From NCBI GenBank assembly GCA_022868165.1, contig JALHYA010000001.1, positions 12,937-76,936 of the forward strand: 64,000 nt of DNA, given 5' to 3'. This document shows positions 1 to 8,817 of the stretch, piece by piece; the first letter of the stretch is position 1; each line of letters opens with the position of its first letter. Below the pieces are notes generated by a model that was not told the origin of the DNA, did not search any database, and saw only the letters and a program-made list of their open reading frames with translations. A program made the translations under genes and the position numbers. Source of the DNA: Patescibacteria group bacterium. Its GTDB lineage: Bacteria > Patescibacteriota > Microgenomatia > UBA8517.

Positions 1-389
1 TCGTTTTCGCGAACATAAATATTGCCTTTCTTATTAATGCTTGCCCAATTTAAAAATAAAATTTCGTTTTCACCTATTTTTCTCTCGTCTAAGTCATCAA
101 AATAGGAGCACTTAAGGCTGACACCAAACTGGTCGTAGTATTTCTTCAGACTGTCGCGGCTCTGATCATGCAATTTGTTTACGGCAATCCAAACAAACGA
201 GAACTTCTTACCATCAACACGAGAATCAATAAGACGTTTTAAAAATTCGGCCACCATCAATGTTTTACCGGAACCGGTTGGCGATCTGAAAATACAAATT
301 TTGTTTCCCTCCGCGTCTAAAAGATCGTTAACTTCCTGCTTAAGTTTTACAATGGCCTTTTCTTGATAATTTTTGAATTCAATCCACAT
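1..389 (-). CDS. Type III restriction enzyme Res subunit / DEAD-like helicase, N-terminal part (runs off window)
   Basis: Manual translation from ATG at 389: MWIEFKNYQEKAIVKLKQEV...IFRSPTGSGKTLMVAEF (Q-motif and Walker A); directly downstream of a mod gene. Confidence 0.85.
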   Translation of the reverse strand, partial: MWIEFKNYQEKAIVKLKQEVNDLLDAEGNKICIFRSPTGSGKTLMVAEFLKRLIDSRVDGKKFSFVWIAVNKLHDQSRDSLKKYYDQFGVSLKCSYFDDLDERKIGENEILFLNWASINKKGNIYVREN

Positions 390-394
390 AGCTT

Positions 395-2098
395 TTACTT
401 AAAAATTTCCCTATAAACTTTTAATATTACTTCAGGAATAGCACAAAGAGTTACTTTGTCTTTAACATCGGTAAATTGAATTTCATGGGGATCATCGCCT
501 AGTGAAAACACATAGGTGTTAATATGGCCTTGTATTTTCTGGATAGCCCTCTTGAACTCATCGATTGCTTCTTCATAAAAGATGATACCAAGATAATTGT
601 TGCTATTTTTAAAGATTTTAAAATCACCTTCATCTCGAACCAATTCAAAAGCGTTTTCCCGAATACAGAGCATCTCTGTCGATTCGTTTACTAATTTTCG
701 CTTATTTCGATCGGTCGGTTCGGCTTCTACAAAATCACAAACATAATATTTTAGGTTACCCCCAAGTCCAACAATGCTTTTACCTTCAGTGTCTTTATAA
801 CCGTTTATCGCTTTCTTAATTCTCGGATAACAAATATTTGTGCTTATATCGTTTTCGTTATTTGTACAAAGAATAAATCGACGATTACCACCATCTTCTT
901 TGTTTAGTGCTAAGACTGCATGTCCCGTTGTACCCGAACCCGCAAAGAAATCGAGAATGACAGCATCTTTATTTTCCTTCCCATCGTAGTTAAATTTTAT
1001 AAGCTTCTTAATTAAATTAACCGGCTTCGGAAAAGCAAACAAACGATTACCTAAGATACTGTCTAACTCCCTTGTCCCCTCATGCGTGTAAGGTCCCTCG
1101 AAGAGAGTCGTTGGAGTTGAATTTCTTAATTTTCCGTCTTTATCTTTTAAGTATTGTTTAAATCTTACAGACCATTTTCCGTTTTTCATCTTATTGAACA
1201 CAAGTTCATCATTCTTTATCGCTTCATCGACGCGCCCTTTTGACCATAGCCATTGCTTTTCGGGCCAAATGTTCTCTCCCTTGTATTGGATTGGGTATCG
1301 CAAATTTGGTCTATTTGCCATACTTGTGGTTCCAAGCGCCCATGTTCCGTAAGGACCCCTAATTGAAAAATGTTTATCTTTCTTTTTAAATAGTTTGGTA
1401 TTTGACTCATCATATGGGACACTTACCGACTTGATCAAACTGGAATCTTTTGCGTACATTAAAATATATTCGTGCACGTCAATTAACGCTTTTGGTTTTG
1501 CACCCGCACCAGCCTTATTTTTGAGAACTATTGTAGCCAAGAAATTTACCTGAGAAAATATTTCATCGCATAACATCCTTAATGGAGCCAGTTCATTGTC
1601 GTCAATACTTATAAAAATTACGCCTGTGTTTTTAAGAAGAAGACGAGCCAGTTTTAGCCGTCTTTCCATAAACGAAAGCCATTTACTGTGCCGAAAGGGA
1701 TCTTCAGGATCAACCAATTTGTCATTGTAGATGAAATCGTTATTACCAGTGTTATATGGTGGATCAATGTAAATAAGATCGATGGCTTCTTGATGTGTAA
1801 AATTCAAAACCACAAGTGAGTGGTAATTGTCACCTTCAATGATCAAGTTGACTGGATTATCTTTGTCGCTATATATTTCCTTATCTTTTGCTTCCTTCAA
1901 AATTGGAAAAGGTTTTCCGAACATTTCATTTGGAAACATTTCGTTGGGTGTACGAGCATCGGGATTTATTAGAATATCTATCTTCTCTTCCGGCAAATCT
2001 CTATGCCAAACAAGGCCATATTTTATTTCCTTAATCCGCCGGAGCTCTTTTACTAACTCTTCTCTTGTCCAACTGTCGTAATTAACTTTTCTTGCCAT
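395..2098 (-). CDS. Type III R-M Mod subunit, adenine DNA methyltransferase
   Basis: IYIDPPYNTG catalytic motif precedes LDFFAGSGTTG SAM-binding motif (beta class); IEGDN and FISIDDNE motifs. Confidence 0.92.
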   Translation of the reverse strand: MARKVNYDSWTREELVKELRRIKEIKYGLVWHRDLPEEKIDILINPDARTPNEMFPNEMFGKPFPILKEAKDKEIYSDKDNPVNLIIEGDNYHSLVVLNFTHQEAIDLIYIDPPYNTGNNDFIYNDKLVDPEDPFRHSKWLSFMERRLKLARLLLKNTGVIFISIDDNELAPLRMLCDEIFSQVNFLATIVLKNKAGAGAKPKALIDVHEYILMYAKDSSLIKSVSVPYDESNTKLFKKKDKHFSIRGPYGTWALGTTSMANRPNLRYPIQYKGENIWPEKQWLWSKGRVDEAIKNDELVFNKMKNGKWSVRFKQYLKDKDGKLRNSTPTTLFEGPYTHEGTRELDSILGNRLFAFPKPVNLIKKLIKFNYDGKENKDAVILDFFAGSGTTGHAVLALNKEDGGNRRFILCTNNENDISTNICYPRIKKAINGYKDTEGKSIVGLGGNLKYYVCDFVEAEPTDRNKRKLVNESTEMLCIRENAFELVRDEGDFKIFKNSNNYLGIIFYEEAIDEFKRAIQKIQGHINTYVFSLGDDPHEIQFTDVKDKVTLCAIPEVILKVYREIFK

Positions 2099-2139
2099 GC
2101 TAAAATATTTTACTACTTTTGCTGGCTAGAGACTAAAGC

Positions 2140-2562
2140 TCGGATTTGTCGTACTCGACTTTGAAGATCAAAGAGGGTTATTCGCGCTTGCCAAGGTTTT
2201 GAATCTTGATGTCGTCAAGTTTCTGCAGGGCGGAAATAAGGGCCATTCTGTCGAGAGGCCACTCCTGCCTCCTTTCCAAAACTGTGTTTTTTAGCCTGTA
2301 AACAATGCGCCGCACCTCGCCTTGGTTAAGACGCAGCTCATTTTCAATTGCCTTATCACTATCGCCCACAAAAACCCCAACCAAAACCCTTTGATCTAAA
2401 TCAGAAAGATGCGGGTCGAAAGAAATCAAAAAACTTTCATCCCCTCTTTCGATTGTCCAGGGATGAGAACCAGTAAATTTATCTTCCGGCGACATATTTG
2501 CGCCTATTTTAGCACAAAGATTAATTATTACGATGCTGAAGAGTCGGATTTGTCGTACTCGA
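2140..2562. repeat. 19-bp direct repeat TCGGATTTGTCGTACTCGA at 2140-2158 and 2544-2562; degenerate third copy near 2725-2754
   Basis: Exact match read from the sequence; third copy has 13/14 core identity. Confidence 0.85.
2178..2495 (-). CDS. Hypothetical protein, possible LuxR/sigma-4-like HTH
   Basis: LSDLDQRVLVGVFVGDSDKAIENELRLNQGEVRRIV resembles the LuxR HTH pattern; TGCTAAAAT upstream. Confidence 0.5.
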   Translation of the reverse strand: MSPEDKFTGSHPWTIERGDESFLISFDPHLSDLDQRVLVGVFVGDSDKAIENELRLNQGEVRRIVYRLKNTVLERRQEWPLDRMALISALQKLDDIKIQNLGKRE

Positions 2563-2651
2563 TTTAGGTTTTTCTCGTCCCGAATTGGTGAGGCGTGTGG
2601 TTGGCCTATTTCCCCCTCTTCAAATCTTTAAAAATCCTCGCTCCAACCGCA

Positions 2652-2673
2652 TATCATATATCGATATATGATA
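2652..2673. repeat. Perfect 22-bp palindrome TATCATATATCGATATATGATA
   Basis: Identical to its reverse complement; intergenic. Confidence 0.85.
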
Positions 2674-2721
2674 ATCAACACAGATTATTATTTTATCCAA
2701 TGAAGGCGCTGCTACTAAGGG

Positions 2722-3150
2722 TTAGATCTGTCGTACTCCGTTTAGATATTTCTCTATTACTTTAATATGCCTTTTGTCTTTTGGTCTCCTCATCTCCCTT
2801 TTGTAAGCCAAAACACAGTCTAGTTTTACAAACCTTATCCCTTCGATGACATCTGCATTGTCTATCAATTGGTCGGTTTTGAGGTTTCCTCCGTACATCC
2901 AGGTACTAGCAACCTGAATTTTTTCTCCATAAAAATTAATTACAGTTCCGTTAGACCAAACTTTTTCTTTGTCTTTATGGTTTAATGCGTTTTCCCAAGC
3001 CTTACCTCTGGCAATAATATCTATATCTCTAAGTTGCTTTTTAAGTCCGCAAGCAAACATTGGTCCGGAACCAAAGATGGCAAAGTCCTTTAAAGGCAGA
3101 TTCAAAGAAAGAAGTTTTTTGATAAGTTTGTGTTTTCTTATCGATTCCAC
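2722..3150 (-). CDS. Small Pol-beta-like nucleotidyltransferase-fold protein
   Basis: FAIFGSG...RDIDII (GS plus DxD motif). Confidence 0.6.
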   Translation of the reverse strand: MESIRKHKLIKKLLSLNLPLKDFAIFGSGPMFACGLKKQLRDIDIIARGKAWENALNHKDKEKVWSNGTVINFYGEKIQVASTWMYGGNLKTDQLIDNADVIEGIRFVKLDCVLAYKREMRRPKDKRHIKVIEKYLNGVRQI

Positions 3151-3207
3151 GGCCTATTTTACCACGAAGTGGGTTATTCGCACGAAATATTTACTTTGCT
3201 TTTCCAT

Positions 3208-3642
3208 TTAAGTTCCCCTCATTTGCGAAATAATTCTCTTTTGTGCTTCGAAAGGTTCGACTCGCTCCGCTTGAACAACAAACATAGACAATTCGCGCAG
3301 ATACCCGTGCGACGATAATCTCCACGTATTATCCGGGCTGAGGAAATTTCCCTCATTATCCACCGGAATACGAACCTTAGAATCCGCCGGCGCTTGTTTC
3401 AAAAGTACCGCCATAATCGGTCCATTTAATTTATAAAGAAGATTCGGATCGGATATCTGCTCTGGGGAAATTGGGTCTAAGGTTACGTAGTAACCCGGAG
3501 GAACGTGGTGCTCTTGAGCCTTCTCTTTTTTCCTTAAATCCCAAAAATCTACGTGCAGTTGGCTCCCTTCTTTAAATTCTGCCTCAGGCCTTCTACCTTT
3601 AATGTAATCTACTGCATCTAGCAATCGCTCTCTAATACCCAT
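3208..3642 (-). CDS. Hypothetical protein
   Basis: 144-aa ORF with TAAAAT just upstream of ATG. Confidence 0.6.
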   Translation of the reverse strand: MGIRERLLDAVDYIKGRRPEAEFKEGSQLHVDFWDLRKKEKAQEHHVPPGYYVTLDPISPEQISDPNLLYKLNGPIMAVLLKQAPADSKVRIPVDNEGNFLSPDNTWRLSSHGYLRELSMFVVQAERVEPFEAQKRIISQMRGT

Positions 3643-3697
3643 AATGCCCGTATTTTACTACGTATATAATTCTCTTGCGAGAATTTTTCGTAGCAGG

Positions 3698-4000
3698 CTA
3701 CTTTTTGTGCGGATGCAGTCCGGGGCCGCCAAAATAGGGTGTGTGCCAGCTTCTTCCGTCGGCGGCCTTATGGTCGCTTATCGGCCTCCACCAAAGGGTT
3801 CCGTCCGGACAAATCATTCCCGGGTTGGGAAGAGGTTTACCTTCTTTCAAATAGTAATCCAAATCGCAGCGGCAGCTTACCTCGACGCCTCCATTGTGAT
3901 CCTCTATAACCCACCCGCTATGGTTTCCGCAGACATCGCAATAGCGGACATCCATCTCGATAATTTCCATCCCCGGCTGGGGTAAAATTTCTCTACTCAT
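3698..4000 (-). CDS. Hypothetical Cys-rich (possible Zn-binding) protein
   Basis: Start re-called at ATG 4000 (MSREILPQ), 7 nt after TGCTAAAAT; CDVC...CRC. Confidence 0.6.
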   Translation of the reverse strand: MSREILPQPGMEIIEMDVRYCDVCGNHSGWVIEDHNGGVEVSCRCDLDYYLKEGKPLPNPGMICPDGTLWWRPISDHKAADGRSWHTPYFGGPGLHPHKK

Positions 4001-4016
4001 GCGGGCTATTTTAGCA

Positions 4017-4184
4017 CTAAAGGGAAGATTTTTTGCGGGGTTCCTTTTTCTGTGGCCTGGGCATGTCGCGGCGGATGTGCCACTCAAGTTCTCTGGGTAG
4101 AGATTGGGGTTTGGGCCTCTCTACCTGTTGGTTCCCATTTCCGTTATTTCCGTTTTTCTTTGCACAGACAATTTCTATTGTCAT
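4017..4184 (-). CDS. Small hypothetical protein (55 aa), below ORF-track cutoff
   Basis: MTIEIVCAKKNGNNGNGNQQVERPKPQSLPRELEWHIRRDMPRPQKKEPRKKSSL; fills a gap in a same-strand gene run. Confidence 0.45.
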   Translation of the reverse strand: MTIEIVCAKKNGNNGNGNQQVERPKPQSLPRELEWHIRRDMPRPQKKEPRKKSSL

Positions 4185-4252
4185 CAGAATGAAAATACAG
4201 AAAGAAGATTATGATTTCAACGGGGAAAAATAACCGTTGATTACCTTGTTTT

Positions 4253-4537
4253 TTAGTAGTCGGGGCAGGAGGCTTTTTCGCCCGGAAGTGTATTATCGTA
4301 GAGAGCAACAGGGGAGTTGCCCTCAGTACAGCCGAGGGAGACGATGTTTTTTCCGTCCCGGTGTCCGAACCTAAGATTCAATCCGTGGCAATGGCCGCAA
4401 AGACCTTCCAAGGCCCTCAGCCTGTTGGCATTATCCAAGGCCGCGTCGCCGTGAATGCGGTGGTGCGGTTTTGAATAGCGGGCAAGCAAATCCCTGATTA
4501 CTTCTTTGGCTTGGGTAACTCTCTTTTCCGTTTCCAT
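4253..4537 (-). CDS. Hypothetical Cys-rich protein
   Basis: CGHC...C...C; TGGTAAAAT upstream. Confidence 0.6.
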   Translation of the reverse strand: METEKRVTQAKEVIRDLLARYSKPHHRIHGDAALDNANRLRALEGLCGHCHGLNLRFGHRDGKNIVSLGCTEGNSPVALYDNTLPGEKASCPDY

Positions 4538-4818
4538 TTTCGCGGTATTTTACCACGATTTAACAACTTTCTCAATTCCGACTTAGCTTGCTCTAAAACT
4601 CTCTTTCGCTCGGGGTTTAGATTTTTGCCGGCGCGATTGATATAAAAATTAAGCATGGACATTCCCGATTGAAAGGGGGGCGCTTTTCTTCTTAAGGAAT
4701 TTTCCGCAGAGCGCTTCAAGGAAGCGGCGATTTTCTTGGGGTCATCCCAAGTAAATACTCCTTCTTCCAGATCTAGGGCAAAGGAATGTTTTGTTACGTA
4801 CCCCGACCACTTTTTCAC
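4498..4818 (-). CDS. DUF3175 family protein
   Basis: KWS..VT..S.ALDLEEGVFT.DDP..IAASLKRSAE.S.RRK..PFQS.MSMLNFYINRAGKNL; start re-called at GTG 4818 after TGCTAAAAT. Confidence 0.8.
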   Translation of the reverse strand: MKKWSGYVTKHSFALDLEEGVFTWDDPKKIAASLKRSAENSLRRKAPPFQSGMSMLNFYINRAGKNLNPERKRVLEQAKSELRKLLNRGKIPRKWKRKRELPKPKK

Positions 4819-4829
4819 CCTGCCCAATT

Positions 4830-5045
4830 TTAGCACTGTGCTTCAATATTTAGACGAATTGAGGGGTGATAATAAAGGTCTTTTCTTATCAGATAACTTC
4901 TTGAGTCGGTTTCAAAATTTAATCCAACCTCATACTTCTTTTCTTTGGCTAAATTAATCCCATCCTTGATATAGGTTGCTAAATATTGAGGCCCTTCGGG
5001 AGTTTTAAGAGAAGCCACTCTGGGGCTGGTATCTACAGATTCCAC
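4830..5045 (-). CDS. Small hypothetical protein
   Basis: 71-aa ORF in same-strand run. Confidence 0.45.
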   Translation of the reverse strand: MESVDTSPRVASLKTPEGPQYLATYIKDGINLAKEKKYEVGLNFETDSRSYLIRKDLYYHPSIRLNIEAQC

Positions 5046-5124
5046 AAGTTTATATTAACACTTTGTGCTTGTTTGATGTTAGCGGGGCAAAAATGTATAA
5101 TTTTGAAGCTTGGACACTTAGCAT

Positions 5125-5196
5125 GGAGCCATAGCTCAGTGGTAGAGCGTTCGCTTGACGTGCGAAAGGTCGTAGGTTCAATCCCTACTGGCTCCA
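5125..5196 (+). tRNA. tRNA-Val(GAC)
   Basis: Cloverleaf; anticodon arm TTCGC-TTGACGT-GCGAA. Confidence 0.95.
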
Positions 5197-5201
5197 CTCG
5201 A

Positions 5202-5272
5202 GGGCCCGTGGTATACCGGTAACACACTTCCATGGCATGGAAGAGTAGAGGGTTCAATTCCCTCCGGGTCCA
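5202..5272 (+). tRNA. tRNA-Ala(GGC)
   Basis: Anticodon arm CTTCC-ATGGCAT-GGAAG; G3:U70 alanine identity pair. Confidence 0.93.
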
Positions 5273-5304
5273 CTCGCGCTGATGCTCGCTTCCTGCCTGG
5301 TTTA

Positions 5305-5682
5305 ATGAAAGAAAGATACGATCCCAAAACAGAGGATATATTTTTGTTTTTGTCTCCCGAAGAATTAACGGAGTTTAATCTAAAAGGAATTGGCGAAATG
5401 CGCCTCATTGTTCCCGAAAAATCGGTCGCGTTCTTTTTGTTTTGCGCTGCGAATTCAGGAGAAATGGACGAAAACTACTTAAGAGTGGATGTTGTCTACG
5501 ACGTTCCTTCCACAGGCTTTGGTAAAGCTCAAAATTTTACTAACTTCTATATTTATCTTAGTGATCGGGCTCGGAAAGATCTTTTATCAAAAAGGGAGTG
5601 CCAGGACCGCTATACGGGAACGACAGGTTCTCAGAAAATCCACATTTTTTTAGGAGAGCCTAACGAAGAAACCTCTTTCTAG
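5305..5682 (+). CDS. Hypothetical protein
   Basis: 125-aa ORF after the tRNA pair. Confidence 0.6.
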   Translation: MKERYDPKTEDIFLFLSPEELTEFNLKGIGEMRLIVPEKSVAFFLFCAANSGEMDENYLRVDVVYDVPSTGFGKAQNFTNFYIYLSDRARKDLLSKRECQDRYTGTTGSQKIHIFLGEPNEETSF

Positions 5683-5690
5683 ATAAAAAT

Positions 5691-6323
5691 TTATCCAGCT
5701 GACCTTTGAAGATAATGGTCCGGAGCCAAGAGGAACGAAGAACCCTTTTTCTTGTACATTGTCCAGTAGTTCTTTCTTTCGGCACGCTTATTGCCGGCGT
5801 GCAGCCAGAGACCCGCATCTTCGATTTTCTTTCTGAAGCTTTGGATAAACTCCAAAAGCTTTTCGAAAAATACTACATGGTATTCTCCAGGCTCAACCGG
5901 TGCCTGCATAGCGGCTATTTTTACCTCTTCCGCCAAGCCCTGTGTGCTTTTGGCGAGCTCATAGACTTCTAGGGAAATCGCGTGAAGTTGAAGCCTTAGT
6001 TCACCGGTTTTTTTATCAACGAGTATTCTTTCCTCTTCAACCAGCCTTCGCTCCAAAGCAACCTGTCCTTTTTGCTTTGAAATTTGCTCCTGTTTGCCTG
6101 CAAAAATCTCTGTAAGCTCGACCGTTTCACCCGGCTGAATATCTCCCGAGAATTTTTTGGGTTCGGGGGCGCCAAACATCTGCTTAAAGAATTCTTCGGA
6201 GCCTTGCTTTAAAAGGTCTTCCTTGATGGTTTGGCCGGTGGAGCCGCCGATTTCCTTCAGGGATTCCAAAACATTGGCCCTGCGAAGCTGTTTTGCGAAT
6301 TTGGCTTTCTGTACCTTGTCCAT
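5691..6323 (-). CDS. DUF5660-like Microgenomates protein
   Basis: PGEYHVVFFEKL...WL...KR..RKNYW...KKKGSSFLL pattern; family assignment recalled, not searched. Confidence 0.6.
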   Translation of the reverse strand: MDKVQKAKFAKQLRRANVLESLKEIGGSTGQTIKEDLLKQGSEEFFKQMFGAPEPKKFSGDIQPGETVELTEIFAGKQEQISKQKGQVALERRLVEEERILVDKKTGELRLQLHAISLEVYELAKSTQGLAEEVKIAAMQAPVEPGEYHVVFFEKLLEFIQSFRKKIEDAGLWLHAGNKRAERKNYWTMYKKKGSSFLLAPDHYLQRSAG

Positions 6324-6332
6324 GGCGAAATT

Positions 6333-7175
6333 TTACACCTGAGCTATCAGCGAATCAAGCGCGTAGCGCCTCTTTAGAATGGAGCCTATTACCTGCCTTT
6401 GTTCGGGAGTGTCTATGTTGCCTTTGACGTTCGGGTCGGCTTTGGCAGCCTTAATCATATTTTCCACATCTTCCTCTTTAACCTTGATGCTCTCGCTTTC
6501 GGCAATTTTGTTTAGGATTAAATCAAGGGCGATGGCTTCTTTGGCCTGTTTTTCATAGTCTTGCCGCAGCGTTTCCGGGGTTTTGCCGATGGATGTCAAA
6601 TAGCTCTCAAGAGAAAGCCCGAGTTTCTCGATTCTGGCCAGAAGATTGGAAATTCTGGAATCCGCCTCATCATGGATAAGAAGGTGAGGAATATCCAGTT
6701 TTACCGATTCCAACAGGGCCCCAACGACTATCTGCTCCTTTTCCTCCTTTGTCGGTTCTTTAGTAATGCTTTTTGAGCGTAGCTCCCCCGCAATTATCTT
6801 TTTATAATCGCCCAGCTCAACAGCCGGGAGTTCGCAGGTAACTGCCCTCACTTGCCAGACCTCGCCTTCTTTGGCCGAAACAAGCTCGAATTTGGGGTAA
6901 ATGGCCGGTTTAATTTTATATTCTACAATCGAATCGGCCAAAGCCTTTGGTAAAAGCGTTGATAGGGCCTTTTCGATAACCGTATTTTGCGGGATATTCT
7001 TCTCGACCAAATCCACGGGAGCTTTGCCTTTTCTGAACCCCGGAATTTCGGCATCTTTAGACAAAGCCTCAAGAGCCTCTTTTTTGGCTTTTCCGACCAA
7101 AACCCAAGGAAGGCTAAAGGTTATCTGAACATTGCCGTTGGCCTCTTTGGCCATGGTTGAAGTTATTTTTTCCAC
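6333..7175 (-). CDS. tig: Trigger factor, short form without an obvious FKBP domain
   Basis: IPGFRKGKAP ribosome-binding signature; start re-called at GTG 7175 after TATACT. Confidence 0.9.
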   Translation of the reverse strand: MEKITSTMAKEANGNVQITFSLPWVLVGKAKKEALEALSKDAEIPGFRKGKAPVDLVEKNIPQNTVIEKALSTLLPKALADSIVEYKIKPAIYPKFELVSAKEGEVWQVRAVTCELPAVELGDYKKIIAGELRSKSITKEPTKEEKEQIVVGALLESVKLDIPHLLIHDEADSRISNLLARIEKLGLSLESYLTSIGKTPETLRQDYEKQAKEAIALDLILNKIAESESIKVKEEDVENMIKAAKADPNVKGNIDTPEQRQVIGSILKRRYALDSLIAQV

Positions 7176-7188
7176 GAAAGCGAGTATA

Positions 7189-7341
7189 TCACGATCCGCC
7201 CTTGTGTTGGGTATGAAATTGAGAGGCAATGAACTTGCCCCGCTGAGGCTGGCGCTTGCCTCCGAATTTGGAGCCTCTAAGAAAGTCCGGCGTTCTAAAG
7301 CCTAAAGCTTGGCCTTCCTTTTTCTTTTGAAAATTCTTCAT
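7189..7341 (-). CDS. Small basic protein (50 aa), below ORF-track cutoff
   Basis: MKNFQKKKEGQALGFRTPDFLRGSKFGGKRQPQRGKFIASQFHTQHKGGS; fills the gap before tig. Confidence 0.55.
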   Translation of the reverse strand: MKNFQKKKEGQALGFRTPDFLRGSKFGGKRQPQRGKFIASQFHTQHKGGS

Positions 7342-7472
7342 CTTAGGTCAATTGTAAATTGAAAATTGATAATTGTAAATTTTCTTGTTATACTAGATGT
7401 GCCCTGCAAGGTGAGGTAGTCTTCGTCAGAAGCTTCCGATCGCTTCAGAGGTTTAGAAAGGAGCAAAATATT

Positions 7473-7730
7473 ATGGCCACAAAACTTTTCGTAGGAAATT
7501 TGGATTTTACCGTTACCGGAGATGACCTTAGAGATACTTTTTCTAAAGTTGGTACAGTTGTCGACGCCGTTGTTATAAGCGACAAGATGACCGGACGCAG
7601 CCGCGGATTTGGATTCGTTGAAATGTCAAACGAAGATGAAGCCAAAGCAGCTGTAGAGAAATTGAACGGTTCAGATCTTAAAGGCAGAAAGATAAACGTA
7701 AACGAAGCTCGCCCTAAGGCAGAGCACTAA
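7473..7730 (+). CDS. RRM-domain RNA-binding protein
   Basis: RNP2 KLFVGNL and RNP1 RGFGFVEM; SD AAGGAG before ATG 7473. Confidence 0.95.
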   Translation: MATKLFVGNLDFTVTGDDLRDTFSKVGTVVDAVVISDKMTGRSRGFGFVEMSNEDEAKAAVEKLNGSDLKGRKINVNEARPKAEH

Positions 7731-7734
7731 AAAC

Positions 7735-8448
7735 CTAGTCGTTTTTGTCTTTGTCCTTATCTTTATCTCTACCTTGACCTTGATTTTGGTGTTGTCCCTG
7801 ATTTCCGGGTTGTATAGACTGTGATTCAGGAACATCTCTAATAATTTCTTGTCTGAGCTCTTCCAATTGGGAGCTGGTTTGGTCAAGATTAGCAATTACC
7901 ACACTAACCGAGGCCGCAGGCGTAGGCTCTGTAGCCGCAGCAGGCGCAGCACTAGGGGCTGGCGTTGACGTGGGTATAAAAGGCGCCACTGTAGGAACAT
8001 AAGGAGTCGCCACCGGAGCCGAGCCCGTAACGGACGAAGGGACAACGGCCGAAGGTTGGGTAGCCAGAACCGCTTTTTTCTCCGCTATACTTTTTTGGTA
8101 ATTTTCAATATTTTGAACAAGAACGGCTGCCTGTTTTACATCCTGTTTTCCGACAATAATATCCTTCGATTGGGATGCTTGAGTAACTAAAAGCGTATAG
8201 CCCAAGGTTGAGCCTTCTTTGGCAAGAAGCCTGTTGGCTTCGCCAAATCGCCTGTCCGTAAAATTTAGGGAAAGCATGGATGCCAGCGGAGTTTTGATTG
8301 TGACGGCCAAAGCCACTTTCTCGAAAGAAGTTTTGGTAGTGTAGAGCGCCTCGCCGGGAAGAGCGTTCCAGCTGGCAAGGATAAGCACGGCGGGGACGGC
8401 CAAGAGAATCGCAATAGAGGTTAGAAAAGCATCGAAAAAGGTTTTCAT
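7735..8448 (-). CDS. Membrane-anchored protein (DUF5667-like) with Pro/Ala/Thr linker and low-complexity tail
   Basis: N-terminal TM; ALPGEALY.TK..FEKV motif; DKDKDK tail. Confidence 0.6.
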   Translation of the reverse strand: MKTFFDAFLTSIAILLAVPAVLILASWNALPGEALYTTKTSFEKVALAVTIKTPLASMLSLNFTDRRFGEANRLLAKEGSTLGYTLLVTQASQSKDIIVGKQDVKQAAVLVQNIENYQKSIAEKKAVLATQPSAVVPSSVTGSAPVATPYVPTVAPFIPTSTPAPSAAPAAATEPTPAASVSVVIANLDQTSSQLEELRQEIIRDVPESQSIQPGNQGQHQNQGQGRDKDKDKDKND

Positions 8449-8457
8449 TTTTGGGAA

Positions 8458-8805
8458 TTACTCCGACGCCAGTTTGTGTAAGAACCACGAGACCAGCGAA
8501 AGAGCAATCGAGGCAATAATTGCTGTCGTAAACGAGGCAATTTCAAAACCCGGGATTACCCGGCTTGTAAGCAAAAGAAGAAAAACGTTTATTAAAAATG
8601 CGCTGATTCCAAAGGTCAGAATTGAAACAGGAAGGGCAACCAGCTGCAAAATGGGCTTTATTAGAGTATTTACTACCCCGATGGCAACGGCCGCCACAAC
8701 CGCAGTCCAAATGCTTGCCAGGTGAAAGCCGGGAACGACGTATTCCACAACCAGAAGTGCGAAAGTGTTTATAGAGAGCTGCATTATGACTCTGATTAAG
8801 CGCAT
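8458..8805 (-). CDS. YvlD/DUF360 (phage holin family 4-like) membrane protein
   Basis: VNTLIKPILQLVALPVSILTFG.....IN motif; four TM segments. Confidence 0.85.
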   Translation of the reverse strand: MRLIRVIMQLSINTFALLVVEYVVPGFHLASIWTAVVAAVAIGVVNTLIKPILQLVALPVSILTFGISAFLINVFLLLLTSRVIPGFEIASFTTAIIASIALSLVSWFLHKLASE

Positions 8806-8817
8806 AGATTCATAATG

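Noticed and set aside
2140-2760. Integron attC sites or a CRISPR array
   Set aside because: No paired RYYYAAC/GTTRRRY boxes with a hairpin, no integrase or cas genes in view, and repeat spacing is irregular and gene-sized
8458-8805. Prophage suggested by holin-like genes (also 26839-27240)
   Set aside because: DUF360/YvlD proteins are common chromosomal membrane proteins, and no phage structural or replication genes are present
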